A stretch of DNA of 64,000 nt from Hamiltosporidium tvaerminnensis FI-OER-3-3 (lineage: Eukaryota > Fungi > Microsporidia): the NCBI GenBank assembly GCA_022605425.2, contig JAKIMF020000005.1:1400917-1464916 (forward strand), in the 5' to 3' direction. The notes under the pieces are model-generated. The model made no database searches and was not told where the DNA came from. It saw nothing but the letters and a program-made list of their open reading frames with translations. Numbering within the stretch: the stretch's first letter is position 1; every line of letters starts with the position of its first letter. Made by a program: the position numbers and the translations under genes. This document shows, in pieces, positions 29,901 to 44,200 of the stretch.

Positions 29901-31597
29901 AAAGAGATTTAACGAATAATAAAGCTTTAAAAAATTAAATCAGTTTCTTAACTAAAGAATTTACTATTCAATATTAAAAAAGCTCGCAAATATAGAAGTA
30001 GTTATCACGAATCTTATAGAAAAATTTTAAATTATTAAATCACCCGAGAAAAAGATAAATTCTAATAAACTTCTTTTATTTCATAAAATTTTATATTTAA
30101 ATTAGTTTTTCTTTTTGATTTGAAGTCAAGAATAAATATCACAATTGATTCTATTTTTAAACCAAACAAGGTAATATATAACGATCTATATGAAGAAGAA
30201 TGTATTATTATAACCTTTTACAGGAATTTCAACCTAGTAATGAATATATAAATATAAATAGAATGTAAAACATCTAAAAGTAAAAAAAAAGTATTTTGAA
30301 ATATATAAAACTACCTTTCTTTCTTATAAAAAGTCAAAAAAAATATTTAGAAATTATATTTAGAAGATTAAAATTGCTCATAAAATATTCAAATAATTCA
30401 AATAATTTTAGGATAATTAAACAGCATTTTCATACTAAAGAAAAAAACTGAGTGAAAATACTTAAAAGTTTTTTTAAAATATATTAATTTATTAATCAAT
30501 TTGGTTTTATTTATGCCTCAACCTTGTTATTTCTAATATATTTTTAAATTCGTTATTTTTTTTTTAAATTATTCAATCGACATTTTATTTATTCAAATTA
30601 ACAATGAGTTGCTTTTTAATGAATTTAAATTTTTCATTGTTAATAAAAGCCTTATCACTAATATATACTAAAGAAAATTGAAGAAATAATTTTTTATATG
30701 TCATTCCACCTTTAACAAATTTCATTTTAAAAATTATTATTGATCGTTAGTATTGGATTTAATCTCTTTATTTGATTTAGAGATATGATTTATATAATTT
30801 TTTGATATACACTATTCTGAATAATCTCTTAATTTGTTAAAAAGCTCAATATTTAGACAATACTTACTTATATGAACTTAAACAATTATTACAACTTATT
30901 AAATAAAGAATAACGTCATATTACAATAAAAAAGCTTTTAATTTATTTTTTTTCAAATTTTTATTTTTTTCTGTTTTACAAATAAAAAAATAAAAATTTA
31001 AGAACTTGAATTATAAAATATTCACTTTTCTTTTTATATATTGTTGATTGAGATTAACAACTCTTTAAATGATTTTTTATAATAAATTCTTAGCTTTAAA
31101 AACCGAATAAAATTAAAATTACATATAAGTGATTTAAAATAAAATGAAAATGTAATAGAAAAAATAAAATAAAGAATTAGATATAATTAACGTAATTGAA
31201 TTTATTTAAATAATTATAATGTACAAAACAGCAGTACTGAGAATTCCACTTCTCTTACAAACTATTTATTATTTTTAGAAAAATGGTTTCCTAAAATCAA
31301 TAAATATTAGCAAATCTGTAAATAATATGCTAGAATTTATTATTTTAAAATTAAGATATAAGTAATTACTATTCAATAAAGCATATATATGAAGAATGCT
31401 ACCATATATATTTTGAATATCAAAAATGAATTGTATTTAAAATTAAGTGTAACAAAGTATTTCAAATGAAGACTTAATGTTTTTAAGCAACCATACTTTA
31501 TAATCTATTTATATAAAAAAAGTATCTGCTTATCATTGATTTTAGAGATAATAAGACAAGAAGGGATTTAAAGGAAATAAATTTAGGAAAACAATTA

Positions 31598-33265
31598 AAG
31601 GGTGTAAGTTATAAGGGTAGTATGGATTGGGGGTGTAAACAACAAGGTGTTAGTGGTAAAGCAAGAAATTATAAGGGTTTTAATATTAATATGGGTGTAT
31701 AAAATGGTGTTAATCACAATTAGTAAAAAATAAAGGGTGATAATCACAATTGAAACTAAAAAGGGTGTTATTTTCAAGACATATGTATAAAAGGGTGTTA
31801 ATCACAATTGTAATAAAGAAAGGGTGATAATCACAATTGTAACTAATAAAGGGTGTTATTTTCAAGACATATGTATAAAAAGGTGTTAATCACAATTGTA
31901 ATAAATAAAGGGTGATAATTACAATTTAAACCAATAAAGGGTGTTATTTCTAAGACATATGTATAAAAGGGTGTTAATCACGAAGTAACTAATAAAGTTT
32001 ATTATTGAAAAACATAACAAACAGGGTTTTAATACTATTTATATTAGATAAAGGGTAGTATTTCTATGACAGATGTATAAAAGGGTGTTAATATACATGG
32101 TAGTAGATAAAGGGTGTTAGACAAATTGTAGTGGATAAAGAGTGTTAATATAGGCTGTATCAATAACGGGGTGTTAATGTTATAAAGTGTTATTACGGTG
32201 TTAGTGATTAAGATGAAATTATAAGGGTGTTATTTATATTAAGGTTATACTTTAAAGAGTCTTAGTAGTATAGCTATTTATATACATAAACAAAGGGGTG
32301 TTATTATAAAGATAGATATAAAATTAGGGTGTTAATAATAAAGCATTTTATATAGATAAACAAAGGGGTGTTATTATAAAGATAGATATATAATTAGGGT
32401 GTTAATATAAAGCTATTTATATACATAAATAAAGGGGTGTTAATTTATATAATATTCCTATTTAAATATAACAGGGTGTTAGTAAATAAGCTTCAGAAAA
32501 TAGATAACGGGGTGTTAATTTATGAAATATCTCCAGATATATAAGAGAGTGTTAATAATTATAAAATTTATAGGAAAGGATAATAGGGGTTTAAGAAAAT
32601 AAAATAACAAAATGAAAAATAAAAGGGTGTTGGTAAAAAATAAATAAATTAGGTGTTATTTATAGAGATGTTCATAATAGAGAATAGTAGGGTGTTAATA
32701 ATTAATATATTAAACAGTATATGAAAGGGTGTTAATAATTAAGGCGTTTATAGAATATATAACAGGGTGTTAATAATTATATTTGAAATAGAATATAAAG
32801 GGTGTTAATAATCTAGGCATTTATACAATAAATAACAGGGTGTTGATATTAAGGAAACTTATAATTTGCGCTAGAAGGGTGTTTTACTGGATCTTAGAAT
32901 ATATAGGAATAAATAACAAAATGTTAGTAAACAAGAAATACTTCAATATAAATAACAGGGTGTTAGTAATAAAGTGATTGGTTATTGAAATAGCAGAGTG
33001 TTATTGAAAATAATATTTCAAAGGATATATATAGAAAGGCCATACCATATAAATACGTTTAACTCTATACAAAAGGGTCTAAGTATTATAGATATTTATA
33101 CCAATAAATAACAGGGTGTTATTGATAAGAATAAATATTTAAAATTTAAAAGGGTGTTAGTAATAAGACAATAATAAACAAAATAAGGGTGTTAATTATA
33201 CGGATATATTTTACTAAAAGAATGGGTGTTAATTATATGGATACTTAAAAAGATTGGTTGTTACT
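31598..33265 (+). repeat. Array of about 50 co-oriented (A)AGGGTGTTA motifs separated by AT-rich spacers
   Basis: Core motif every ~29 bp on the left, rising to ~37 bp on the right. Contains an 88-bp trimeric unit x3 (31697, 31785, 31873, partial at 31961) and a 70-bp dimeric unit (32281, 32351, partial at 32420). Confidence 0.95.
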
Positions 33266-33279
33266 GATATATATAATGA

Positions 33280-36200
33280 AGCTATACCAAACAAAATCTG
33301 GGAAAAATTTAAAAAGAAATATAAGTAATTTTTATTTCTGAAACATTATTAACTATTGTGAAATTACTCATAGTATTCAAGAAGTTTTTTTTATATAAAA
33401 TCTTATATATTTTAAAAGAATTTTTTCATACTTGTCTCATCGTTTCATACAGTATATACAAAATATATTAAAATAATTTAAACAAAAAATAGGTATTAAA
33501 TTACAATAAAAATAATTAAATTCAAAGGCAAATCAATTAAAAAAAATATAAACTAGATATTTTTATTATATCATTCCTTAATATCAAACTTAATGTATTT
33601 TTTCGGATTTAATTTTTTTCATTTTTTTTGGATCTTTCATTGCACTATAGGAATCCAGATTGAACAAATCTAAAAAAATAAAGAAACAGAGTTTCAGTTT
33701 AAAAATGACTTAATTAAATATTAAACAATCTTATAGATTCATTATAAACCAATTCAAATATATTATAATATTTTTAATAAGTTGATTTTATTTCTTATAA
33801 ATTTCATTTTGTTTTGAATCTCTAAACTGATATAATAGAAAATATATCTAACAAAATCGAAAAAATTAAGTAATAAGATTGACGAAACCATCACCCAATT
33901 GTAAAATAAAGAAACGTATTGGTTTTATTATGAAACATTCTGTTAGTATCTTAAGAATTTTTTAAGTACAATTCGAATATTTTTTTAGATCATCTTGCTA
34001 AAGTTTTTTGATTACTTAATACAATATATAGAAAATATATTGAAGAGAATAGAAAAAAGTGGTAATGATACTTTGCCAAAATATAAACAGATACAATTAT
34101 AAAAAGAATATGATATATTATTATAAACTCATCTGACGTATTACAGAAATTTTTAAACATTAGATTATATATCTTTTGAGTTTGATTTTTTCATCATTTT
34201 TGAATTGTTTCATGTATTATATGCAAAATATATTGTAAAAAGTAAAAATAAAATAAAATTAATACAAAATATGAACAGATTTAATTGCTAAGCATAAAAT
34301 AAAATTATTTACCACAAATCCAATATGCTTTTAGCATTCCTTATTTAATAAAACATATATATTTCTAAATCCATTTTCTCAAAATTTTATAATTGTCTAT
34401 ACGACTATATATAGATCAAATCAAATAAAATTAAAAAAAAATAGATTTAGAAAAACCACAAGCGAATCAAGAAAGATCGTTGTAAACATTTCAATAGATT
34501 CTAATATGAAGATTTGTTATGTTTTCATTGCTTTTAATCTTTTAAAAACATATATATTTTTAATCCATTTTCGTACAATTTTCAATTCGTTCAAACTACT
34601 ATGGTAAACTGTATTGAATAAAATTTAAAAAAATAGATTTAGAAAAATTAAGTTTTACTAGCCTAAATTTTATATTAGATAATCCATTTAAATTTATAAA
34701 CTCATTTGTACTATAAAATAAATTTTAAACATTTAATCATATTTCTTTTTGACTTTTTTTTACAGATTTCAGGATCTTTCATACTACTATAGTAAACTAT
34801 ATTGAATAAATTTGAAAAAATATGTATTAAAAATTTATAAGAAACATAAGCGAATTTTATACTGAACAATGTTAATGTTTTATTTTAAAGTCATATTTAG
34901 TATTTGTAAGTAGTTTAAAATTAAAAACTATTTTTTTGGATTTATTTTTTTACGTATTTTGGAATTATTTTATAAAGTTACAAGAAAAGATGTCTAGCAA
35001 GATAGAAAAATAAAAATAATAAAGTTCACATTAAACATCATAAAATTATAGTATTTATGAACTATTTAATATATTTTAATGTTTTTCAAGCAAAGAAACA
35101 AATTTTTTGTAAAAATTAAATTTCCGTTTATTTTTAAATTGTCTATACTATATACGGAAACTATTTTAAAAAAAAGAAAAAAAATTGGTAGTATAAATTC
35201 ACACAAAAAATAAGCCAATTTTATTGTAAATCATAACATAAAATTATATAGTAAATATCTGAAACTTTTCCTGCTTTTTTTAGTATTTTAATAAAATATT
35301 TTTTCAGTATAATTTTTTTGTAATACTTTAGAATCTTACATACGATTATATGGAAACTAGATAAACTAAAATCTAAAAAAGTAGGAATTTAAAAAGAAAC
35401 TAAAACATAGACAAATTTTAAATAAAACAAATCCATTAACTCATTAAAATATAATTGCTAGTGCTAAAAGTATCTTTAAGGATTAAAACCACCATTTCTT
35501 TTAATTTCTTTACTTTTTTTTGTTCTAATTTTCGATCGTTTCATATACTATATAGAAAATATATCGAGCTCAATCGAAAAAAATAAAGTTCCAATATTCG
35601 AAAGAAAACATTATCAAATTTTATTTCGAATACATTTATTTAGCTATTACAAGATAAATTTTTATATATTTAGTGGGTTTTAAGTATTAGAACATAATAT
35701 TTTCTTGTCTTAGTTTTCATAGATTTGGAATTGTCAATACTACTATAGTAAGTAAAATGAATTGAACAAATTTAAAAAAATTAGGCATTTGAAAATTACA
35801 CATAAGATAATCAAATTTTATACAAATAGAACTATCGACTCAATAAAATATCATTCGTAATATTAAAATTATTTTTAAAGGACTGAGCCAATATTTTTTT
35901 AACCACTGTTTTACAAGTTTTTAGATTGTTTCATACATTATATAGAAAATATATCGAACAAAATCGGAAAAATTAGTTAACAAAATTTAATAGAAAAAGG
36001 AATCAAATTTTATTACAAACTATAAAATAATATTAAAAACCAAGCATTTGATATATTTTAAGAAAATTTCCTTCGAATTAAACAAATATTTTTTAAAATC
36101 GTTTTTTTTTAATATTTTTGAATCGTTAATTTACTATAGAAAAATGTAATGAAAAAATTGAAAAATTTAGGTAATAAAAAATATTGAAAAAAATTCCAAA

Positions 36201-37080
36201 TATAAAACTAAAGGAGACAAAAAATATTATTGCACACCTATTAGTAGTGTTTGCAGAAATTTTTTAAAAAAATAAAATATATTTCGGTTGCAGTATTTTT
36301 CATAGTTTTGGAATTGTAAATACCACTATAGTAAAATGAATTAAATAAATTTGAATAAAAAATAATAAAAAAATTTAATAGAAAACATGACTTAATTTAA
36401 AAATATATAGACTCATTATGTTTTTATCCGAGAATTTGTTGCAATTTTAGTAAATTTATATATTTAATCTTTAATTTATAAAACTTGATTGCTTCAATTT
36501 TTTAAGTTGCTTCATGCATTAAAGACAGAAAAACTTGAAACTAATGAAAAAAGATTATTAATAAATCTTAGTAAGAACAAATAATATAGTTTAGGCCTAA
36601 GTAACTTAATAGGTTATTATAAATTCAGCTTTGTATTTGCAGACTTTTCAATACATTAGCTCTTATATATTTTTAGAATTTATTTTTTTTACAATTTTTT
36701 AAATGTTAATACGAAAACTAGTCAGAGACTATACTTAAAAAATCAAAAAAAATACACACAAAAATTTACAATAAATACAGTCAATTTATATTTACACTCT
36801 AATTAGTAGGCATATTTTTTAACTCAATATTTAGTAATTTTAGAAGCGTTCCCATACACTTTAAGATATTGTCAACAGAACTAAAAACTAAAAAATAAAT
36901 ATCACATTAAAATAGAATAATTTTTGTTGTAAACAAAGATTTTTTAACTATATAAAATACTTATGAATATACAGTATTCTTAGCATAAAAATATGTGCTT
37001 TTAACTCGTTTTTTTTTTTTTTTTTTTTCAATTAAGGTCATAAAAGATTATAAAACTTAGTAAATCTTCATAGACATAAT
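33280..37080. repeat. Degenerate tandem satellite array 2, same family and orientation as array 1, about 19-20 units, period about 192 bp
   Basis: Same anchor at 33451, 33644, 34023, 34216, 34404, 34598, 34786, 35147, 35345, 35547, 35742, 35937, 36133, 36325 and 36858. Confidence 0.9.
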
Positions 37081-40000
37081 ATTTTTCCTATAAAGAGACA
37101 TTTTCGCTACCTTTCTGCTATTATTAAAATGTAATATTCTTTAAAACTTATTTTATTTTTAAATGATAATTTTAAAAGATATAATCAATCAAAAAATAAG
37201 AATATAGAAAAGACATACATACTTCACACTAGAAACAACTTACTTTCACAGTGTATATTCTCTGAACTTAATTAAATATTTATAAGATAACCTGCCTTAT
37301 TTGTAGATTTTCTAGTAAAGTATGAAATTTTACGCAAATCATATTTAAGTCATATTAAATAGATATAACTGACAATCAATTCCATGATTTAACATTAAGT
37401 AAACAAGAACGTTTGAAAAATGTTGAATTTGATTATTATGGTGATATGAAATATAACTGCAAAAAATAAAGAACTTAAAAATAATTTTGGAAATATAGTC
37501 AAAAAATGAAAAAGAAATAAAAAAAACGAACTAAACAAAGGCATGAAATAGAAATAAGAAAACAGTGTACAGATATAACGTAAAATTCAAATATATTTAA
37601 AATGTAAAATGAAATAACCGATTTCTAAAAATGTTATTACCATCTAACAAAGTAATAAGAAATAATGAATATAAGAAAGTTTATTTAATGTATTAAAAAT
37701 ATAATTTAATATATGTTAGAATTATTATCTTAAATATTTGCACTGATTTTGCTGCCTTTATAGTTTTTTTTTTATTTTTTCAATACTTTAACATCTTATT
37801 TATATTCCGAGTCTTTTCACCATATATAGGGCTTTGGTAAACTTCGTGCTTGTTAGCTTAGCAACCGTTTAAAATAAATTTTTATTGTAACAAGAAGGAT
37901 AATCAATGAACAAAAGAAATAAAAATACCAATCAGAAATAAATTATAGGACAAAGTAATATTGGAGAAGATAAAAAACTTTTTATTTTAATATTTATGAA
38001 TTCTAAATAGTAACTCTTTTTATATTGATAAAGAAATAAAGATAATGTATTGCTCAGAGACAATTTCAGGTTTAGACAATCAAAAAACGTTAAATATAAA
38101 ATGAATAGAGGATAAAGGTTAAGAAATAAAGAGAGGTATTATTTTTATATAGATTATAGGTAAGTATATTTAATTATATGTATAATAGAAACTAGTGCAT
38201 GGTTGATAAATGATTAAGAGAGGGATTTTATTATATATATGGAAATTATAAAGGTTCTGATAAGAAAGATGATAGAGATAAGATTATTTGTAATGATGCT
38301 AGAGAAAAATGTTATAGCAACCAAATATTGATCATTAAAATATATTTGGTTATTATATTCGCTGTAACTTGTTCTCAAAATAAATTATTAGCATAGGCGC
38401 CAAGTTGTTCTTATTCAGGATATTTTTAAAGGTTTACAATTGAGTTTTCTAATAAAAAAAGAACAACGAGAGGTTCATAATAAAGGAAGACATATTATAT
38501 TCCGAACTTTACTCGATAAAGCACGGCGCAATATGGTGAAATAAGATAGGTAGAACGTTCGTATCTTAACTAAATATTCTGAATAGTTATTATGGCTTAA
38601 TAAAATCTTACAAGTATATATATACCTATCTTTTTATAACAATCTATTATAGTTCAGATGGGATTTTTTAAAAAAAGATAAAAGCAATAAAAATTCTACT
38701 CAATACTTTAATCGACTATATAATAGTATGATGTATAACGATGAAGTTACTAAAAAAAGACAGATTTACAAGGAATATATTTAGCGTTTTTTATAAGAAT
38801 TGAGTATAAAATTAAGTGAAAACCCGAAATAATATATCTTATAATAGAGGGTTATTGACCAGTATTTTTATTTGATTTAACTAATTTTTATATATTCGAA
38901 GTCCTCTAATAGGAATCCTTTATATCTGTTTATGAATATTTTATTTTAGAACTAAATTAGATTTTTAAACTGAATTTTTATTATATGCGTTGTTTCTAGA
39001 TTATCATTATATACTAAGAAAAAAGTAGTACTATTTGAAAACTAGCGAAAAAAGTATAAGTAAATAAAACAGAAAAAGAATCTTTATCAAGTAGCGTTTG
39101 TGCTCAGCATAAATAGCAATTTTTTATTTAACTTACTATTATCGTTAAAAATTTTTTACAATTAATTCTCTTAAGGAAATTAACTTAGAACTAGTTCATG
39201 ATGCAAATAGGGTTTTAAATTTTTTATTTTTGTATAAAATTTTTGACTAAGTTAGCGGGTATTACTTCTTTTACTTTCTGTGACTTTATCAATTTAATTT
39301 TTAGATTTAATCTGAAACATAATTTTTCTAAAGATAGATGAATAAAGAAAATAAATTTATGTTTTTTCTAAATTATTAAATCTTAATAAGCCTCAAAAAA
39401 GAGGTATTAAATTAGAGTGAATCGGAAATAGATTGGCAATCTTTAGAAATTTTTTAGAAGATTCATATAAAATGTAGAATCAAACTTTGGGATCACACTC
39501 ACAAAACAATGGATTTCTAAATCATACTGAAATAATGTTAATCAAGTAAGGTATAAAATATATATTGATTTTTTAGTACTTTATCTTTATTTGAGAAAAT
39601 ATTCTATTATCAATTCATATTTTTATTCTTTATTATGTTTTTTCGCTTCAATTATATGTTTAGATGCATTATTGTCCGTATTTGTGTCATACCTGGTTTT
39701 TAGATTTAGAGAAAAAAAATCATATATTTATGATCTTATAGAAGCGTTTACTTACCGAATAGACATCAAATATAGATACTCTTTATTATCTTTTACGAAA
39801 AACACAAAAACATACGTCTTACTAGATGTATTTTCGACATTCCAACCAATTGGATAAACATCTCTGTTCGAAATTGCATATATTATTAGAATATAAATGC
39901 CAAGATAATAACTTAAGATTTATATAAATGTGTGTAATATGAGATCGCATGGGAAACCTGATCTTTGAACTCCTTATTCATTTAAAAAAAATATGTTTTA

Positions 40001-40829
40001 AATAGTTAAATGTGTAAAAATGATTAACGATTGATTATTTTAAATGCTTAAATAGATATAATTTATCAAAAACTTTACTTTCCGACTCTCTTTTGTGTAA
40101 AAGTTTAAATTAAATTTGTTTGTTGCAAAATAAAGAGAAGAATTTCTTAGTTTCCTGATAATATAAATTTCTGACTGGCTTCAAACAATTCACATAGATT
40201 ATAAATTTTTTTTTGACACACCGTAAGCTACAGCAGTAAATATAATTTTAGATAACTGAATACGGTTTATACATCATCTATCTATTTTTAAGGTATTTTA
40301 TTAATTTTTCGTGAAATAATGTATAAACGATATGAGAACACGATCAATATATATCGTACTTAGAAATATACGAAGAATAAAAATGCAATTTGCGATGAAT
40401 TTCTTAAATTTACTCTCTTCAAATTTTAACTATGTGCTCAAAAACATACAGAAATATTTAAAACGAAAAGAGGCACAATACTATCCTTCTATTAAATTAC
40501 AATTTTTTAATTGAAAAATAAATTTTTGTTGATTATATTACTATTTAAGACATATAGTTTTAGCCTTATGAAACCTAAATAAAGAAAGCACATTGAAATT
40601 TCTCTTTAAGAAAACGATAGATAGATTATTCTGAAAACCGAAGGAACATCTATATTTTTTTCATTTATTAACATTCGCATATATAGGGCATGTTATACTT
40701 ATAATGAATACATATATCAACATCTTTTGAAATGTTTAGAAGTGCTATTGATAACAAATATAATTTTACATCTTCTTAATTATTCTAAAAATGATATAGT
40801 TTTAATACCAAGGCATATTTACTTTTAGA

Positions 40830-41600
40830 GGGAGATGACTAAAACAATAATCTTATTCAAAACATTACATTTTTTTTTTACTAAGAATGGTAAGTTTTAA
40901 ATTTGTATTTGTGACTTCAACGTAGTTCAGGTTTAACATAAATAAATAAATGCTACCCGACACACCTTCAGTATTTTTACGATACCCACGTTCCCAAGCC
41001 CTTCATCTAAAAAATGTGAAGACCTAATTAATAGACGAGGCGGTTTCTCGGTGTGCGTTAATGTCGATTTCATTATGTGTACTCACGAGCCAAGCCCATC
41101 TTTAGTTCTCCCAAGACTATGCGGCGTTTCCACTAACGCAGCGCCTACCGAATCTAATTCACGTCTGGCTAAGTTATATCTTAGAGACTTACATCTAATC
41201 TATCTAGACAGTGCGGTGTCATACCAACAGATACAACCTGCTAGTTAGCTTTTATGGCTTTAAATAATTTTTATTTTAATATCACAGGCGCCAATCTTAT
41301 AACACGAGTAAGCAAGGCCAAGGCTCAATGCTTCTTCTTTATGACAATGGCTTACAAGTTCGTCTGAGGTTCCATTCTGCCACACAAAAAACTACAAATA
41401 AATTTTTAGAAAAGTCTTACTATTGCGTAGACTTCCTCATACAAACCTTTACGGGAAAACAGAAAATATAGTGTGCTTTAATTCCCATCCTAAATCCAAA
41501 CAATGATCTTCATACCAGTTTCACATACTCAATGCCCACCAGAAATTTTTTTTGTGGCAATCCTCCCTTCACCAAAAATTACAAATACAATTTAAATTTA
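40830..41600 (+). pseudogene. Segment X, decayed gene of unknown family (includes track ORF 41051-41248)
   Basis: LAKLYLRDLHLIYLDSAVSYQQ and LHTSFTYSMPTRNFFCGNP align with the 58.2-58.6 kb copy, with synonymous changes (CTG/CTA, CAT/CAC, GCG/GCT, ACA/ACC). Confidence 0.6.
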
Positions 41601-42009
41601 TTGTTTACGCTCAAAATAGAAAAAATTAAATATTTATGATTTTAGCATAGTAAAAGTAGGGTTAAATGTTTTTATAAATTTAGTAAGACGTTTTTCGAAT
41701 GAATTAGAAATAAATCGAGATATTTGAATAATGTAACCATATGATATTGACGAATAAATCGTTTTAACTGTAAAATCACTATTTAAAAACATATTTTTAA
41801 AATTTAGAATAAAAAATTGCAGAAATGTTTTAAAAATCATATTTTGAAACAAAATCTAATGAAATGAAATTTTAACTGAACTTTTACTAATTTTGGAAAC
41901 AGGAAAAACAAATATTAGAGATGTTCACATGTTTTAATTATTAATTTTTTCTTTTGGTGTTAAATCAAATAAAAGATTGTGGTTAAAACAATTTAATTTC
42001 TTTACATAT

Positions 42010-44200
42010 TTTAAAAATTTCTATCCTTATGTTTCTGATATCAAAAGATTATTTTTCATTGATGAAATTGGAATGAAGAAGTAACTCAAGAAATGTAAAC
42101 AGGAAAGATGAAAAAGTGTGTAATAGCTATAAAGGTGAGGATGTATGATGTTTATTATTTTTATTTGCATCTCAATGTATTCCCCAGAAATTAATTATCT
42201 TAAAAATAGTTTTCAGTTACAGTTCAGATATATGATTGTTAAATTATATTGTGATGCTGTTGGATATCCGGCCACAACACCGTGAAAGTTTTATGAAGCA
42301 AATGATATAAATATTGAGTTTATTTCCGTATTATATTATTACCTAAAGCATTTTTTTATAAGAAAATTTTATCCAAAAAGTTCTTTTTATTTAATATGAA
42401 CAAAGTTTTTCCTATTACCCTTGGAGAAGAAGAAAGAAGCATAGGGGAGGTTTAATACCTAAAGCATTGTTAAGTAGGTTATATTCGATGCTGAGGTTTT
42501 ATGGAGAGTTTTTGGAAGACATTGAGCCATTTTGGATTGTATCTAACAGTAGACTTCTACATTTGCAATCTTAGTTACAACTGAGCACAATTTAGAAATT
42601 CTTTTCCTTGTAGAACTAGAAAGCGTGGAACGTTGTTAAGATGCAAATTCTGGTAATTTTATGTGTTACCTAATCTAATTCCGAAAAAATATTTTTTTAT
42701 TGGCCTATGAGAAGGAAAAAGACCTAAGTGGTTTTGATTGAATCAGATATGTATTTTAAGTGATGAAATCTAAATATTAAATTCAAATATTTATCTTAAA
42801 GTGAAATTAAAAATAGCTATTTGATATATTTAGAATATCAGAATTGTTTATATCTATAAAATTACTTTGGATGAATTCCTTGTAATAACTTGAGAACAGA
42901 TAGAAATGTTCGTTTGTTTTCTAAGAAATACGAATTTGTAGGAATTTAATGATTTTAAGGTATAAAAAAATAAAATGTTGTAAAATTGGTTTATATTATC
43001 TATTATATGTCTATATTTATGTAAAAAAAACATTATAATTTATTTAAATCAATTTCTATACCTCCCGGTTTATTAAATACATTTCTTTGTTATTCCTTCA
43101 AATCAAATTATAAACATTTAAATCTTTTGCAATTAGTTAATCTATATTTCTTAGTTTAATAATCAGGTTTTATTTTATAAAATTTACTTTCTAAATATAA
43201 TACAATTTAAGAGAGTTACTATATCTCATGGTGTCTTAAATTACATTTGAGATATTTTATTTATTTACAACAATAGTCTTTTATTATGCAAAGAATAAAA
43301 TCGATCCTTATAAAACAAGTGGGGACAAAGTAATTCATTAATATATTTAATGACTTTCCGCTAAGGTATATCTAAAGATAGATAATACATATTCATATTA
43401 GAATATATATAGCTTAAGCATAAACATCTTCCAACAAGAATACAACACTTTAAAGAGCCTAAATCACATTATATATCATAAAGATCACGATTGTAGTTGT
43501 AGATAAAAAGACGAATAGATGATTTAAATGAAACAAGTATTATGATACAGCTTAAGTGTGGTTGTTGGTTTTTTAAAAGGTTTTAATTATAACACAAAAT
43601 AATATTTTACAAATTGTTTATGGTATAGTTATTCACTCTGAAACTTTGCGATTATGCAAATCCGTCCTTGAATGTAATTCTTAACCATTTAGTATATAAA
43701 AGGCGTTTCTGATATTGGTAGAGTTATTTTTAAATAAATTTTAAGTAAACGAATTTACTTTGTTCGTAAATCCGATTTTGAACAAGATCGAATGAGTTCT
43801 TAGACACCCCATTTGAATCCTAAATAATTTACACAGGCAAATAGCCTTACATACTATTTCCATGATAAAAACAAGCCTGGGTAGTTTAAAATGTATTAAT
43901 TTGCTGCGAATTTTTCGGAAAATATACAGTAGTTGATTGTGGAACTAGTGTCTTTCGTTCTACATTAAGTTAAATCTTTATAGAGTGGATCGGCTAATAG
44001 AGGTTTAAGAACAAGATAGTGCTAAGTTACGTGTAGAGAATACCGAATATAAAAAATCCAAGCATAATCATATTATTTTTTTACATTTTAAACCATCTTC
44101 TTTTTTTTATATTTAAAGTATATAACCCATAACTAATGGTATAATATAAATCCACGAACTTAATAAATAGAAATTTTATTTAGTGAAATAGAATAGACGC
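42010..44200 (+). pseudogene. Segments Y-Z, decayed gene(s), weakly LRR-like, family unresolved
   Basis: CCTTATG start context at 42029. + frame peptides ETLRLCKSV (cf. LEDLRIAKSV, LEFFEIGKC) and VVDCGTS...LNLY...DSAK show synonymous variation between copies (GGT/GGA/GGC, GAA/GAG). Many stops and indels. Confidence 0.5.

Noticed and set aside
31598-33265. CRISPR array (repeat-spacer appearance)
   Set aside because: The conserved core is only ~9-10 nt and non-palindromic, spacers are themselves duplicated in 88-bp and 70-bp units, there are no cas genes, and the context is eukaryotic.
31598-33265. True telomere
   Set aside because: The motifs are interspersed with spacers rather than tandem, and the array is internal, with over 30 kb of sequence on both sides.
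37009-37028. T20 run as a retrocopy poly(A) tail
   Set aside because: It sits where satellite units carry a TCGTTTTT tract (cf. about 36100), so it is more simply an expanded tract. No TSD is seen.
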